64,000 nt of DNA from Candidatus Aenigmatarchaeota archaeon (GCA_018304545.1 JAGVVZ010000002.1:99740-163739), one strand, 5' to 3'; shown: positions 27,471-36,999, numbered from the stretch's first letter. Numbers and translations are program-made. Notes: generated by a model not told the origin, from the sequence alone.

Positions 27471-27490
27471 CTACATAGGAAACAGGGGGG
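27471..27490. promoter_or_regulatory. Origin recognition box ORB-R (inverted relative to ORB-L)
   Basis: ctacataggaaacagggggg. It abuts the stop codon of the phosphoesterase gene at 27491. Confidence 0.7.
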
Positions 27491-28183
27491 TCAGCCCTGT
27501 TTTTCTGTAAGATTAAACACGTTTCCTTCTGCTAAACCGTCTTTTATTGTTATTAACCCAAAATATCCCTCAGATATTCTCCCAGGATTTAATAGCAATG
27601 TGTTTCCTATACGGTCTACGCCTCTAGCTTCATGAATGTGAGCAGAAACACTGGCAAGAGGCCTCTTTGTTTCTATAAATTCTCTTATGGTCTTAGAACC
27701 CACATGTGTACCAGTAGAAACCATATCCAGTCTTGTGTTTAATGGGGGCATATGTGTTAGCTGTATTTTCTTTGTCACGTCTTTTATATCATTCCATCCT
27801 TTTTCTAAATTAGTTTTTAATTCTTCTTCTGTTGGTTCTATTGTCGTGTTGAATGGAGTTTTAGCTCCCCCATATCCATAAAAACCCACATCTTTCAACA
27901 TCACGCCTTTGCCATGTATGCTTATACCCTCTTTTTTTATAATATCTATTACTTTAACGGTGTCATTATTTCCTGGTACGGCAAAAACAGGTTTTTTTAA
28001 CGTTTTTAACTCTTCGATGATCAGCAAAGCTATTTCTTCTTGCGAAAACCCCTTGGGTGTTGTAACATCTGTGAAGTCCCCGGTATATAGTATGGCCTCA
28101 AAACTGAATTTTTTGAGTTTTTCTAAAAAAACTAACATATTTTCTATATCATTATGATTATCCCCGATTACTATCAAATTCAT
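27491..28183 (-). CDS. Calcineurin-like metallophosphoesterase
   Basis: 230 aa. IVIGDNHND, YTGDFTD, VPGNND, LTHMPP, SAHIHEA motifs. Confidence 0.85.
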   Translation of the reverse strand: MNLIVIGDNHNDIENMLVFLEKLKKFSFEAILYTGDFTDVTTPKGFSQEEIALLIIEELKTLKKPVFAVPGNNDTVKVIDIIKKEGISIHGKGVMLKDVGFYGYGGAKTPFNTTIEPTEEELKTNLEKGWNDIKDVTKKIQLTHMPPLNTRLDMVSTGTHVGSKTIREFIETKRPLASVSAHIHEARGVDRIGNTLLLNPGRISEGYFGLITIKDGLAEGNVFNLTEKQG

Positions 28184-28191
28184 GTTATCAC

Positions 28192-28494
28192 TTATAATAT
28201 CTGTATTACAAAATCTTTTTTATTTTTGAATTTAAACCACATTTCAACAGGTATCCTATGTTCTTCTCCCAACTTCTTTATTAAATCTATTTGTTCTTTC
28301 TCTCTAGACCTTGGGTAATATTTGTTTTTTTTGGTACCCTTTACTTCAACTATTTTTTCTATTTTGTCTTCATTTGGTTTAAGTATAATATAATCTGACG
28401 ATTGTCCTATACTCATTTTTATTACATTTTGTCTTCCATATTTTTTAATCAATTCTTTTTTGGCCAAATATTCCGAATAATAACCTTTTCTCAT
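28192..28494 (-). CDS. hjc: Holliday junction resolvase Hjc-like PD-(D/E)xK nuclease
   Basis: 100 aa. MRKGYYSEYLAKKELIKKYG..SSDYIILK..KIVEVKGTKK..RIPVEMWFKF aligns by eye with Pyrococcus Hjc (RKG, E, D, E-V-K). Confidence 0.65.
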   Translation of the reverse strand: MRKGYYSEYLAKKELIKKYGRQNVIKMSIGQSSDYIILKPNEDKIEKIVEVKGTKKNKYYPRSREKEQIDLIKKLGEEHRIPVEMWFKFKNKKDFVIQIL

Positions 28495-28544
28495 TAGATC
28501 ATAATATTATTAAATATCTATAAAAATAAATTGAATTGATTATT

Positions 28545-29117
28545 ATGAAAAAAATAAGATCAATATTTAGCAAGATTTTTTCTAAAAACAACATTTTGGT
28601 TAAAGATATAATGACAAAAAACCCCTTAAGGATAGACTGGCAGGAAAGTACACAAAAAGCAGCTAAAATGATGTCAGAACACAGAGTAGGGACAGTTATA
28701 GTTTTAAAAAACAATAAACCTATAGGTATTTTAACTGACACAGATCTCACTAAAAGAATAGTCGCTTTATGTAAAGACCCCAAAAAAATTAAAGTTTCTC
28801 AAATAATGACAACGCCTCTGATTTTTTCTTCACCTAGCGACAAAATCACAGACGTAGTTTTTAAAATGAAAAAACACAGAATAAAAAGAATACCGATTAT
28901 TGATAATAGAAGTCTTGTTGGTGTTTTAACAACCACGGATATCGCTAGAAACGTGCCTGAAATGATGGAATTACTCGAAGCTAGATTGCTTATGAGGGAA
29001 AACCCACCAACATTTGAGGAGTCTATCACATCTGGTGTTTGTGAAATCTGCGGAAATTATTCTGATAACCTTGTTTTTGAAAATGATGAATGGGCATGCG
29101 AAGATTGTAAAGAATAG
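28545..29117 (+). CDS. CBS-domain pair protein with C-terminal zinc ribbon
   Basis: Start set to ATG 28545. Two CBS repeats (VKDIMTKNP.., VSQIMTTPL..) and CEICGNYSDNLVFENDEWACEDC. Confidence 0.8.
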   Translation: MKKIRSIFSKIFSKNNILVKDIMTKNPLRIDWQESTQKAAKMMSEHRVGTVIVLKNNKPIGILTDTDLTKRIVALCKDPKKIKVSQIMTTPLIFSSPSDKITDVVFKMKKHRIKRIPIIDNRSLVGVLTTTDIARNVPEMMELLEARLLMRENPPTFEESITSGVCEICGNYSDNLVFENDEWACEDCKE

Positions 29118-29151
29118 ATAATTAATATCGTTCAAGATATAGATAATTAAT

Positions 29152-29955
29152 ATGGAATTATTGAACCAAATTGTAGATATAGGAAAACCAGTTATTTATT
29201 ATTCAAATACTAATCCTGAATTTGTTAATTATAACAACTCAATATATGAAGTTATTGAGAAGATATCTAAAACTGGTTATAGAAGATTTCCTGTATTGAA
29301 AATTAAAAAATTCCCAATTAAAAAAAACAACGTTTTGGGTGTAGTGACTGTGATGGATATATTAGATGCTTTCCTTAGGAACGTTGATTTTAACTCACCT
29401 ATTTCACTTATAATGTCCAGAGATATTATCACGTGTAGGTATTATGAACCACTTGAAATTGTTATAAAAAGATTCAAATTTGCTAGAAGAGGCGGATTTC
29501 CAGTCGTAGATGATAAAATGAATTTAAAAGGACTAGTAACCGAACACGATATTGTAGATTTATTTAAGGATTATGTATCACATATTCACGTTAAAGATAT
29601 AATGACAAGAAAACCATTCTATATATCACAAAACAACTTTTATAACTGTTTGAATTCTATAATTAATACTAAATATAGAAAATTGCCGATCGTTGAAAAT
29701 AAAAAATTATGTGGTCTTATTACTGATAGATTATGTCTTGATATACTAAAAAAATGTAAATATCAAAAAGATAACCTTCATTTTTCGGTTAGTGACATTA
29801 TGATAAAAAAAATACTTACAATAAATGAAGAAAGCGATGTTAAAGATGCTATAGAATTGATGAAAAATAGTAGATGTGGCGGTTTAATTGTAACTGATGA
29901 TGATATATTAAAAGGTATTATAACAGAAAGAGATATACTAGATAGAGTGTTATAA
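29152..29955 (+). CDS. CBS-domain protein (four CBS repeats)
   Basis: 267 aa with four CBS-like repeats (e.g. SLIMSRDIITC, VKDIMTRKPFYIS, VSDIMIKKILTIN). Confidence 0.8.
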   Translation: MELLNQIVDIGKPVIYYSNTNPEFVNYNNSIYEVIEKISKTGYRRFPVLKIKKFPIKKNNVLGVVTVMDILDAFLRNVDFNSPISLIMSRDIITCRYYEPLEIVIKRFKFARRGGFPVVDDKMNLKGLVTEHDIVDLFKDYVSHIHVKDIMTRKPFYISQNNFYNCLNSIINTKYRKLPIVENKKLCGLITDRLCLDILKKCKYQKDNLHFSVSDIMIKKILTINEESDVKDAIELMKNSRCGGLIVTDDDILKGIITERDILDRVL

Positions 29956-30373
29956 TGTTGTTAAATGAAGAAAAATTTATTGATCTGGCGAGTGAATATT
30001 TGACAATAGTTAAAGGTAATAAACATGGTGCATCTTTGAATAATCTGAGTTTAAATAATATAATTAACATATCTGGTAGTGAAATAGAAAGCTTCAGTGA
30101 TAAATTATCAGAAAAAGCAAATATATAGTGCTAACAGATTTTGATTGCGAAGGAGAAAACGAAAAACAAAAGATTTATAAATTTTTTGATAAAATTAGAA
30201 TTAGATTTAATCATAACCTTAGATTAAAATTCAAAAACATCTTTAAGGTGATTAAAATAGAAGAAATTAAAAAAAATTCAACCACAATGGAGGATGATTA
30301 TAATGGCAAAATTAGCTCAATCAACAATAAAATATTTGATAGAAGCAGATTTCTCCGCGAACGGAGTAGTTGA
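29955..30373 (+). pseudogene. Small Toprim-domain protein (COG1658-like) split into two frames at an (AT)n tract; active-site Glu replaced
   Basis: Frame 1 (29955..30128): ...EYLTIVKGNKHGASLNNL...KANI*. Frame 2 from GTG 30128: VLTDFDCEGENEKQKIYKFF... (the Toprim D-x-D-x-x-G part). Removing 2 nt in gcaaATATATAgtg would join them. The tail overlaps dnaG. Confidence 0.4.
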
Positions 30374-31430
30374 AAAACCCGATGTTATAGGCGCTATTTT
30401 TGGTCAAACAGAGGGTTTATTAGGGCAAGATCTTGATTTAAGAGAACTACAAAGAACGGGCAGGATAGGAAGAATTGAGGTTAATTTAAAGGAAGATAAA
30501 GGAACAACATCAGGGACTATTCAAATACCATCAAGTTTAGATGCATCAGAAACGTCACTTATAGCAGCTGCTGTAGAAACGATAGAGAGAATAGGTCCTT
30601 GTGAATCTTCTATTAAACTTAGAGCTATTAAGGATATACGAATGGTTAAGAGGGATTATGTTGTAGATAGAGCAAAAGAGATTCTACAAAAACTACTAGA
30701 AGAAATACCAGAAACGGATCATCTTACAGAAACTGTTAAAGAATCTGTTAGGATATCGGAAATAGCAGAATATAATGGTCTTGAATGTGGTCCAGATATT
30801 CCTGACTCAAATGAAATAATCGTAGTTGAGGGTAGAGCTGATGTAATTAATCTTTTGAAAAATGGTATCAAGAATGCTGTAGCTGTTGGTGGCACGACAG
30901 TATCCAAAGAGTTAATAGATTTTTGTCAAGACAGAATAGTTACACTGTTTTTGGATGGAGATAGAGGCGGCGATTTAATACTAAAAGAGTTGAGCCAATT
31001 AATCCCAATAAGAGATGTTGTTAGAGCTCCTGATGGCAAAGAAGTGGAAGAACTAACAAAGAAAGAAATATACAAGGCATTAAGGACTAAAAATTTAGTT
31101 GAAAAACCCCGATATAAAAAACGCGAAGATTTGGATGAAAGAATGAAAGAAAAAATATCTAATACATTGGATAGAATGATAGGTACAAAAGCGGTCTACA
31201 TTTTTGATGATAAGATGAAAATTGTTGGCAAGATACCATTGAGCAGATTTACTAAAGAAAATAAAGATTTAGAAAATGCTAAAATAGTTTTGGTAGATTC
31301 TTCTATTGACGACAATATGATAGAAATTGCGGATCATAATAACATAAGTTACTTAATAGGAGAGAGTCTAGAAAATAAAACAAAACCGAAAAGAGTTAGA
31401 ACTTACACAAAAACAGAATTAAACAATTAA
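30303..31430 (+). CDS. dnaG: Archaeal DnaG primase-like Toprim protein
   Basis: Start set to ATG 30303, 8 nt after GGAGGA. TIKYLIEADFSANGVVEKPDVIGAIFGQTEGLLG. Toprim motifs IIVVEGRADVINL and LFLDGDRGGDLI. Confidence 0.9.
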   Translation: MAKLAQSTIKYLIEADFSANGVVEKPDVIGAIFGQTEGLLGQDLDLRELQRTGRIGRIEVNLKEDKGTTSGTIQIPSSLDASETSLIAAAVETIERIGPCESSIKLRAIKDIRMVKRDYVVDRAKEILQKLLEEIPETDHLTETVKESVRISEIAEYNGLECGPDIPDSNEIIVVEGRADVINLLKNGIKNAVAVGGTTVSKELIDFCQDRIVTLFLDGDRGGDLILKELSQLIPIRDVVRAPDGKEVEELTKKEIYKALRTKNLVEKPRYKKREDLDERMKEKISNTLDRMIGTKAVYIFDDKMKIVGKIPLSRFTKENKDLENAKIVLVDSSIDDNMIEIADHNNISYLIGESLENKTKPKRVRTYTKTELNN

Positions 31431-31769
31431 CTCTGTTACAATAATTTCCAACTTGCCCTTATATATACTAGGTTTTCCAATTACGCTAATGCTTGTGCTA
31501 TTTTTTAGTTTGTCTATATTTTTTATACTATTATCGAATATAACTAAATCTATGGTACCAGTTTCATCTTTAAGTTTTAAAAAGTAGGTATTTTGTTTCG
31601 AAACAAATTTACTTGTTATATTACCATGCATTTGTATCGAGTTTTCCTTTCCTGTAATTTCCATTACTTTCTTTGTTTCGGGTTCGTATATTTTATTCGA
31701 TATCAATATTAAAATTATTCCAAGAACTGACGAAATCAAACTGATTTTTATTAGAGTGCTTTCTTTCAT
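31419..31769 (-). CDS. Membrane-anchored OB-fold protein
   Basis: 116 aa. N-terminal TM (LIKISLISSVLGIILILI), then an OB-like YFLKLKDETGTIDLVIFD...VIGKPSIYKGKLEI. 12-nt convergent overlap with dnaG. Confidence 0.5.
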   Translation of the reverse strand: MKESTLIKISLISSVLGIILILISNKIYEPETKKVMEITGKENSIQMHGNITSKFVSKQNTYFLKLKDETGTIDLVIFDNSIKNIDKLKNSTSISVIGKPSIYKGKLEIIVTELIV

Positions 31770-32299
31770 TTCAATACCTTTGTGAAAATATTTTTATATA
31801 ACAGTCCATTTTTCGTTAATGTGCTTTCCATAAGATTTATTGAATTAACTTCAAATTCGCCGAATTTTATATATTGGTTTTTTCTTAAAAAATCTAGTAC
31901 TTCATTCTTATCAAATATTTTTGAAACACGACACAAAGTTAACTTTGATTCCAAATGATAGGTGCCCCCAATGTTTTTTACAGTTTTTTCTATCAGGTCT
32001 TTTAATTGTTCATCATGGTCTTTCACGCTTATCCCAATTATTTTTATATTATTCATTCTTGGAATTATTTTTATTCCATCTAACTGTACTCTAAATACAT
32101 TGGCATCTAGTTTATTCAGTCCGTTCATTATATTCTTTGTTTCATTTTCATTTTTTTCACCTAAAAAAGTAATAGTAATGTGAAGATTATCTTTTTCTAC
32201 AAAATTTCCCTTTAGCGGAATTCTAGATAGTTCATCTTGAAATCTCAATAGAGATAGTTTTATTTTATTTGGTATAAGTATGCACGTGAATAATCTCAT
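31766..32299 (-). CDS. 2H phosphoesterase (LigT/ThpR-like RNA 2',3'-cyclic phosphodiesterase)
   Basis: 177 aa. MRLFTCILIP..., first H-x-T-x motif LHITITFLGE. The second motif reads SKLTLCRV (His not evident). Confidence 0.6.
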   Translation of the reverse strand: MRLFTCILIPNKIKLSLLRFQDELSRIPLKGNFVEKDNLHITITFLGEKNENETKNIMNGLNKLDANVFRVQLDGIKIIPRMNNIKIIGISVKDHDEQLKDLIEKTVKNIGGTYHLESKLTLCRVSKIFDKNEVLDFLRKNQYIKFGEFEVNSINLMESTLTKNGLLYKNIFTKVLK

Positions 32300-32381
32300 A
32301 ATATGAATTACTTTTTTAATTTATAAATTTCACGATATCTTTAAATTTTCTAATTAACAATTACTTAAAAATGGATGAATA

Positions 32382-33455
32382 GTGAATTTCATGTTACTTG
32401 ATTATAAATATTACAATAAATTAGGTTGGAACAAAAACCCATTTGTTTTATCCGTTCTACCAGATTTAATGGTAGGATACGCTTCGCAAGCAGATTTACT
32501 CTTGTCTCATATAATGAATCAACATAAAATAGCATTAGTAATTGGTCCAACAGGATCTGGTAAAACAACATTTTTAAATTGGACAATGAAAACGGTAAGA
32601 AATAATGATCTTTCGTTATATTATGTTCCAAAACCCCCAACTAAAAAAGAGGATATGATTGATTTGTTCAAATTTATTTTTGGATATTCTGTTATAGATA
32701 ATATTTTTTTCCCTCATTTGAATATTTTGAACATTCAAAAGTATTTACTCAATAAAATTTCCAAAAAAAATGTGATTCTACTGATAGATGAATCACATGA
32801 ATCGTCTGTTGAAGTTTTAGAATGGTTCAGAACATTAAGCGATATAATTCCAAACCTCACATTAGTATTTGCTGGTTTACCAATTTTAGAAAAAAAATTA
32901 GAAACAGATTTACCAACACTTATGATGAGAATAAATACACGTGTTTATTTACAGTCATTAAACGTTACCGAAACTGATTCTTTGATTAGAAAACGGATAG
33001 AAAATGCAGGTGGTAAAGGATTGGAACCATTTTCACCTGAATGTATCAATAAAATACACAATATAACAGGTGGATTCCCACGTGAAATAATTAAAATTTG
33101 TGACGATCTATTACGTGAAAGCGTTAAAAGGAACATAAGTATAATAACATCTCAGTTTATTGATGAGGTTTATAAAACATCTATTCCGTCCGAAATGGCA
33201 CAATCTAAAATATTAATCACGTCCAAACAGAAGGAAATATTAGAATTACTAAATAAACAAACGGATTTATCACCCACAGACATAGTTAATGTCATTGGTA
33301 TAGAGAGTTACAAAACAAAATATCACGCTATACGCTCGGTTAACAATATATTGAAGAGATTAATGGATGACGATATAATTAAACGAAAACAACTTGGAAA
33401 TAGTTATGTTTATTATCTTTCTGGTAAAGGTAAAACACTATTCGTTGATGCTTAA
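32382..33455 (+). CDS. ExeA-like AAA+ ATPase fused to a C-terminal winged-helix domain
   Basis: 357 aa. Walker A IGPTGSGKTT, Walker B ILLIDESHE, ITGGFPREIIKICDDLL (ExeA-type). C-terminus KQKEILELLNK..LSPTDIV..ILKRLMDDDIIKRK. Confidence 0.6.
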   Translation: MNFMLLDYKYYNKLGWNKNPFVLSVLPDLMVGYASQADLLLSHIMNQHKIALVIGPTGSGKTTFLNWTMKTVRNNDLSLYYVPKPPTKKEDMIDLFKFIFGYSVIDNIFFPHLNILNIQKYLLNKISKKNVILLIDESHESSVEVLEWFRTLSDIIPNLTLVFAGLPILEKKLETDLPTLMMRINTRVYLQSLNVTETDSLIRKRIENAGGKGLEPFSPECINKIHNITGGFPREIIKICDDLLRESVKRNISIITSQFIDEVYKTSIPSEMAQSKILITSKQKEILELLNKQTDLSPTDIVNVIGIESYKTKYHAIRSVNNILKRLMDDDIIKRKQLGNSYVYYLSGKGKTLFVDA

Positions 33456-33523
33456 TTACTTTAAGTTTATATGGTTAAAATTATAAAATATTATTGAATT
33501 ATAAAATAGTTACAGGTGATTTC

Positions 33524-33787
33524 ATGGCTGAAACAAGAATAAAAGCACGTACTGTTGTCGGAAAAACGATTGTTAGTGAAGAAACAGGTAGAAAATTTGG
33601 TGTAGTTAGTAATGTTGATTTTGTAATAGAAAGTGGCGAACTGTTAAATTTAGTCGTTACAGATTCTACTCGACATCTAAATGAGATGAATCTTAAATCC
33701 GATGATAAAGGCAGAACTTTAATCCCATTTAGTGCTGTAAAATCTATTGGGGATTATGTTATTGTAAGCGAGAACGAATTAATTTAA
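33524..33787 (+). CDS. PRC-barrel domain protein
   Basis: Start set to ATG 33524. ARTVVGKTIVSEETGRKFGVVSNVDFVIESGELLNLVV...IPFSAVKSIGDYVIV. Confidence 0.6.
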   Translation: MAETRIKARTVVGKTIVSEETGRKFGVVSNVDFVIESGELLNLVVTDSTRHLNEMNLKSDDKGRTLIPFSAVKSIGDYVIVSENELI

Positions 33788-33827
33788 TACATTATAAACT
33801 TTAAAATTTGTTGAATAACGGCTAATT

Positions 33828-34109
33828 TTAGTTTATTTTATTTATAATATTTAAATATCTTAGTAATTTTTCTAAATCAGTATTTTTATCCTTTATTTTT
33901 ACCAATTTGATTCTAAAACCGTATTCATTGAAATTCTGTGTTAAAATAAAGCTATTTAGATATTTATTAACTATATTAGATATTGTCTGCGGATGTATCT
34001 CTGTTTTTCTTGCTATTTCCCTTATATGTATCCAATCTTCTGCTTCTTTTAGTACAAAAATGACCTTTCCTATCTTTTCTAGCATAGACTTTCCTATCTT
34101 TTTAATCAT
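33828..34109 (-). CDS. Winged-helix/HTH transcriptional regulator
   Basis: 93 aa. WIHIREIARKTEIHPQTISNIVNKYL. Confidence 0.6.
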   Translation of the reverse strand: MIKKIGKSMLEKIGKVIFVLKEAEDWIHIREIARKTEIHPQTISNIVNKYLNSFILTQNFNEYGFRIKLVKIKDKNTDLEKLLRYLNIINKIN

Positions 34110-34117
34110 TAAATATT

Positions 34118-34137
34118 AATTTGACAGCTGTCAAATT
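34118..34137. promoter_or_regulatory. Perfect 20-bp palindrome, 9 nt upstream of the wHTH gene start in a divergent intergenic region; candidate operator
   Basis: aatttgacag|ctgtcaaatt; all 10 pairs checked by hand. Confidence 0.5.
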
Positions 34138-34259
34138 TAATCTTTTCTGCTATATTTATCCCTCACTTTTTGAGATATGTTATTATATAAGAAAAATTAC
34201 TATGTTAATTTTTATTTGATATTTATAAGAATTGAGAAATATAATTAATAATTGATCAT

Positions 34260-34781
34260 ATGAATTGCCAATATTGTGACTCAGAAGTACAAAAAGAATG
34301 GGGATTTTGTCCTTTATGCGGGCACAGCATTGAAAAAACAAGCTTATTCTCAGATTTTTTAAATAAACACGTAGATCAATTTAAAAAAAAGCTTGTAAAG
34401 TATGAGGACAAACTACACGGAATAACAATTAGTATAACAAATATTGACGAACCGATAACGTTATCACGATCAGATGTAAATAAAGAAACAGATCACTACG
34501 AAATTAACCGTCAGAAATATAATACTAAGAAAATGTCTAAAAACGTGATAGAACCACATATAATTACAAATAATAGAGATGGTATTTTAAAATTCCAAAT
34601 ATGTTTACCTGATGTGAAGTCTGAAGAGGATATAGAATTACAAATTATGCCAAATTCGGCAGAATTGAGAGCCACTTCCAATGAGGTTAGTTATTTCAAA
34701 ATATTAAATGTACCTAAGAATTATTGTTTGTCAGAAAAAAAACTAGATGATGGAAAACTGGTTCTTGTTTTCACGTCTTAA
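34260..34781 (+). CDS. Zinc-ribbon protein with C-terminal Hsp20/alpha-crystallin-like domain
   Basis: 173 aa. CQYCDSEVQKEWGFCPLCG. The C-terminus VIEPHIITNNRDGILKFQICLPDVKSEEDIELQI..LRA..YFKILNVPKNY..DDGKLVLVF follows the ACD pattern. Confidence 0.55.
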   Translation: MNCQYCDSEVQKEWGFCPLCGHSIEKTSLFSDFLNKHVDQFKKKLVKYEDKLHGITISITNIDEPITLSRSDVNKETDHYEINRQKYNTKKMSKNVIEPHIITNNRDGILKFQICLPDVKSEEDIELQIMPNSAELRATSNEVSYFKILNVPKNYCLSEKKLDDGKLVLVFTS

Positions 34782-34842
34782 ATATAATTTTTATTTGTTA
34801 CACGTTTAGTTAGTAAATTAAAATACGGTATATAACTAATAA

Positions 34843-36987
34843 TTGAGTGATTTAGTGGATAATTATTTGATAACAAAAAAAATACTCGAAATTTTTAATA
34901 TAAAAAACCTGAATCCAGTTCAAAATGAAGCTATACATAAGGATTTATTAGATAAAAAAAATTTAATAATTTCATCCCCAACAGCTAGTGGAAAAACTCT
35001 TTGTGCTATAACAGCTAGTTTAAAATGTCACGTTACTGAGAGAAAGAAAGTTTTGTACTTGTGTCCTTTAGTTGCGTTAGCTCAAGAACATTATGATAAT
35101 TTTAAAAATAAATTCTCTCAACTAGGAATAAAAATTGCTTTGTCTATAGGAGACCTTGATAATTCCGATCAAAGGCTAAGAGATTATGACTGGATAATTT
35201 GTAGTAATGAAAAAATGGATAGTTTGCTAAGACACGGAATTGAATGGATAAATGATGTTGGTTTAGTTGTTGTTGATGAAATACATTTGATTTCAGATTA
35301 TTCTAGAGGACCAACGTTAGAAATATTGCTAACAAAATTGAAATTGATGATACCAAAAGCCCAAATAGTAGGCTTGAGTGCAACAATTAATAACATTAAA
35401 GAACTATCCGAATGGCTAGACTCTGATTTTATTGTTAGTTCTTGGAGGCCAGTTAAATTGTATGAAGGGGTTTCTTACGATGGAAAAATTAATTTTTTAG
35501 AAAAAAGGGATTACTATTTATCTTCTAATATATCTGACGAAAAATCAATTGTTGAAGACACATTAAATATGAAAAAACAGATTCTGATTTTTGTATCAAC
35601 TAGAAGAAACGCAGAATCTTTAGCTGAAAAATTAAGTATTTTTGTTAATGAAAAAAATTTAAACACTGAAAAAACAGAGTTGAATAACATCTCACTTTCT
35701 GTATTGAATGCTTTAGAAATACCAACTATTCAATGTGAAAAACTATCTAAATGTGTTGATAATGGAATTGCGTTTCATCATGCCGGTCTTGTAAGTGAAC
35801 AAAGAAAAATAATCGAGAACGGATTTCGTGAAGGAAAAATAAAAGTTATAGTGGCAACACCAACGTTGTCCATGGGTATAAATTTACCTGCATTTAGAGT
35901 CATAGTCAGAGATTTGAGGAGATACTATACTGGTTTAGGTTCTATGTTAATCCCAGTTATTGAGTATAAGCAATTTGTAGGTAGAGCAGGAAGACCACAA
36001 TATGATGAATTTGGGGAATCAATTATATTTGCTAGAAACGAATTACAAGCTCAAGAGTTAATTGATAAGTATATTTTATCTGACACGGAAGATATAGAGT
36101 CTAAACTTTCAGACGAGTCTGCGCTTAGATCACATGTCTTATCTCTTATAGCATCTAATTTTGTTAAAAATATGGATGAATTGAAAGATTTTTTTAAAAA
36201 AACATTTTATTATCATCAAAAAAACAATTTGTTTGGAATAGATAAAAAAATAGATAGAATAATAAAATTACTTATAAAATTTGATCAAATAAAAAATTCA
36301 AAAAATAATTTAGAAGCAACAAAAATAGGAAAAAGAATATCAGAACTTTATTTGGATCCATTGTCTGGTCATATTATAACCTCTAATCTAAGAGAAAACG
36401 CAGATATAATAGGATTTTTGCAACTTGCTATAATTACACCAGAATTTGATCCATTACCTTCTATACGGTCTGGTGAAACAGAAATTTTAGAAAAATTTTT
36501 AATCAAAAACGGTAAAAAATTTTTAATCAAAATACCAGACGAATGGGATAGTAGCTATGACAATTTCTTAAAATCCGTGAAACTAACTACAATTTTTTAT
36601 GATTGGTTGAATGAAATATCAGAAAATCAAATTTTGATAAAATATAATATAACTCCAGGTGAACTTAGAAATAAATTGTTAATTGCAGACTGGTTGTTTT
36701 ATTCTATTTACGAATTATGTTTACTTTTAAAAATGAAAATTATTTTATCCCATATAAAAAAAATTAGAATTAGATTAAGATATGGTATAAAAGAAGAATT
36801 AATCCCTCTAGTTAAATTACAAAGTATAGGTAGGGTCAGAGCTAGAAGATTGTATAATTCCAATATTAAAGATATAGGAGATTTAAGAAAAATCGATATC
36901 AGTAAATTGACTAAAATTCTTGGAGAAAAAATAGCGTTTAGTATAAAAAAACAATTGGGCGAAAAGACGCAAAATAATAAAATTTAG
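34843..36987 (+). CDS. hel308: Hel308/Hjm (Ski2-like) DNA helicase
   Basis: 714 aa. SSPTASGKT, VVVDEIH, SAT, FHHAGL, VATPTLSMGINLPA, QFVGRAGRPQYD. C-terminal HhH-like SIGRVRARRLY. Confidence 0.9.
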   Translation: MSDLVDNYLITKKILEIFNIKNLNPVQNEAIHKDLLDKKNLIISSPTASGKTLCAITASLKCHVTERKKVLYLCPLVALAQEHYDNFKNKFSQLGIKIALSIGDLDNSDQRLRDYDWIICSNEKMDSLLRHGIEWINDVGLVVVDEIHLISDYSRGPTLEILLTKLKLMIPKAQIVGLSATINNIKELSEWLDSDFIVSSWRPVKLYEGVSYDGKINFLEKRDYYLSSNISDEKSIVEDTLNMKKQILIFVSTRRNAESLAEKLSIFVNEKNLNTEKTELNNISLSVLNALEIPTIQCEKLSKCVDNGIAFHHAGLVSEQRKIIENGFREGKIKVIVATPTLSMGINLPAFRVIVRDLRRYYTGLGSMLIPVIEYKQFVGRAGRPQYDEFGESIIFARNELQAQELIDKYILSDTEDIESKLSDESALRSHVLSLIASNFVKNMDELKDFFKKTFYYHQKNNLFGIDKKIDRIIKLLIKFDQIKNSKNNLEATKIGKRISELYLDPLSGHIITSNLRENADIIGFLQLAIITPEFDPLPSIRSGETEILEKFLIKNGKKFLIKIPDEWDSSYDNFLKSVKLTTIFYDWLNEISENQILIKYNITPGELRNKLLIADWLFYSIYELCLLLKMKIILSHIKKIRIRLRYGIKEELIPLVKLQSIGRVRARRLYNSNIKDIGDLRKIDISKLTKILGEKIAFSIKKQLGEKTQNNKI

Positions 36988-36999
36988 TCCTTTAATATG

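Larger units (their letters stand above)
27206..27490. other. Predicted chromosomal replication origin (oriC)
   Basis: Directly upstream of cdc6. Inverted ORB pair (27258..27277 and 27471..27490, 18/20 reverse-complementary) flanks a 193-bp strongly AT-rich spacer. Two mini-ORB-like sites (ttttcctattgaaa 27206..27219; tttttctattggaaaa 27226..27241) lie next to the cdc6 start. Confidence 0.75.

Noticed and set aside
29114-29153. 15-nt direct repeat atagataattaatat (29114..29128 and 29139..29153) between the two CBS genes
   Set aside because: It is a short, pure-AT-rich repeat overlapping a stop codon and a start codon. It could arise by chance or local duplication in roughly 25-30% GC DNA, and no associated structure or partner was found.
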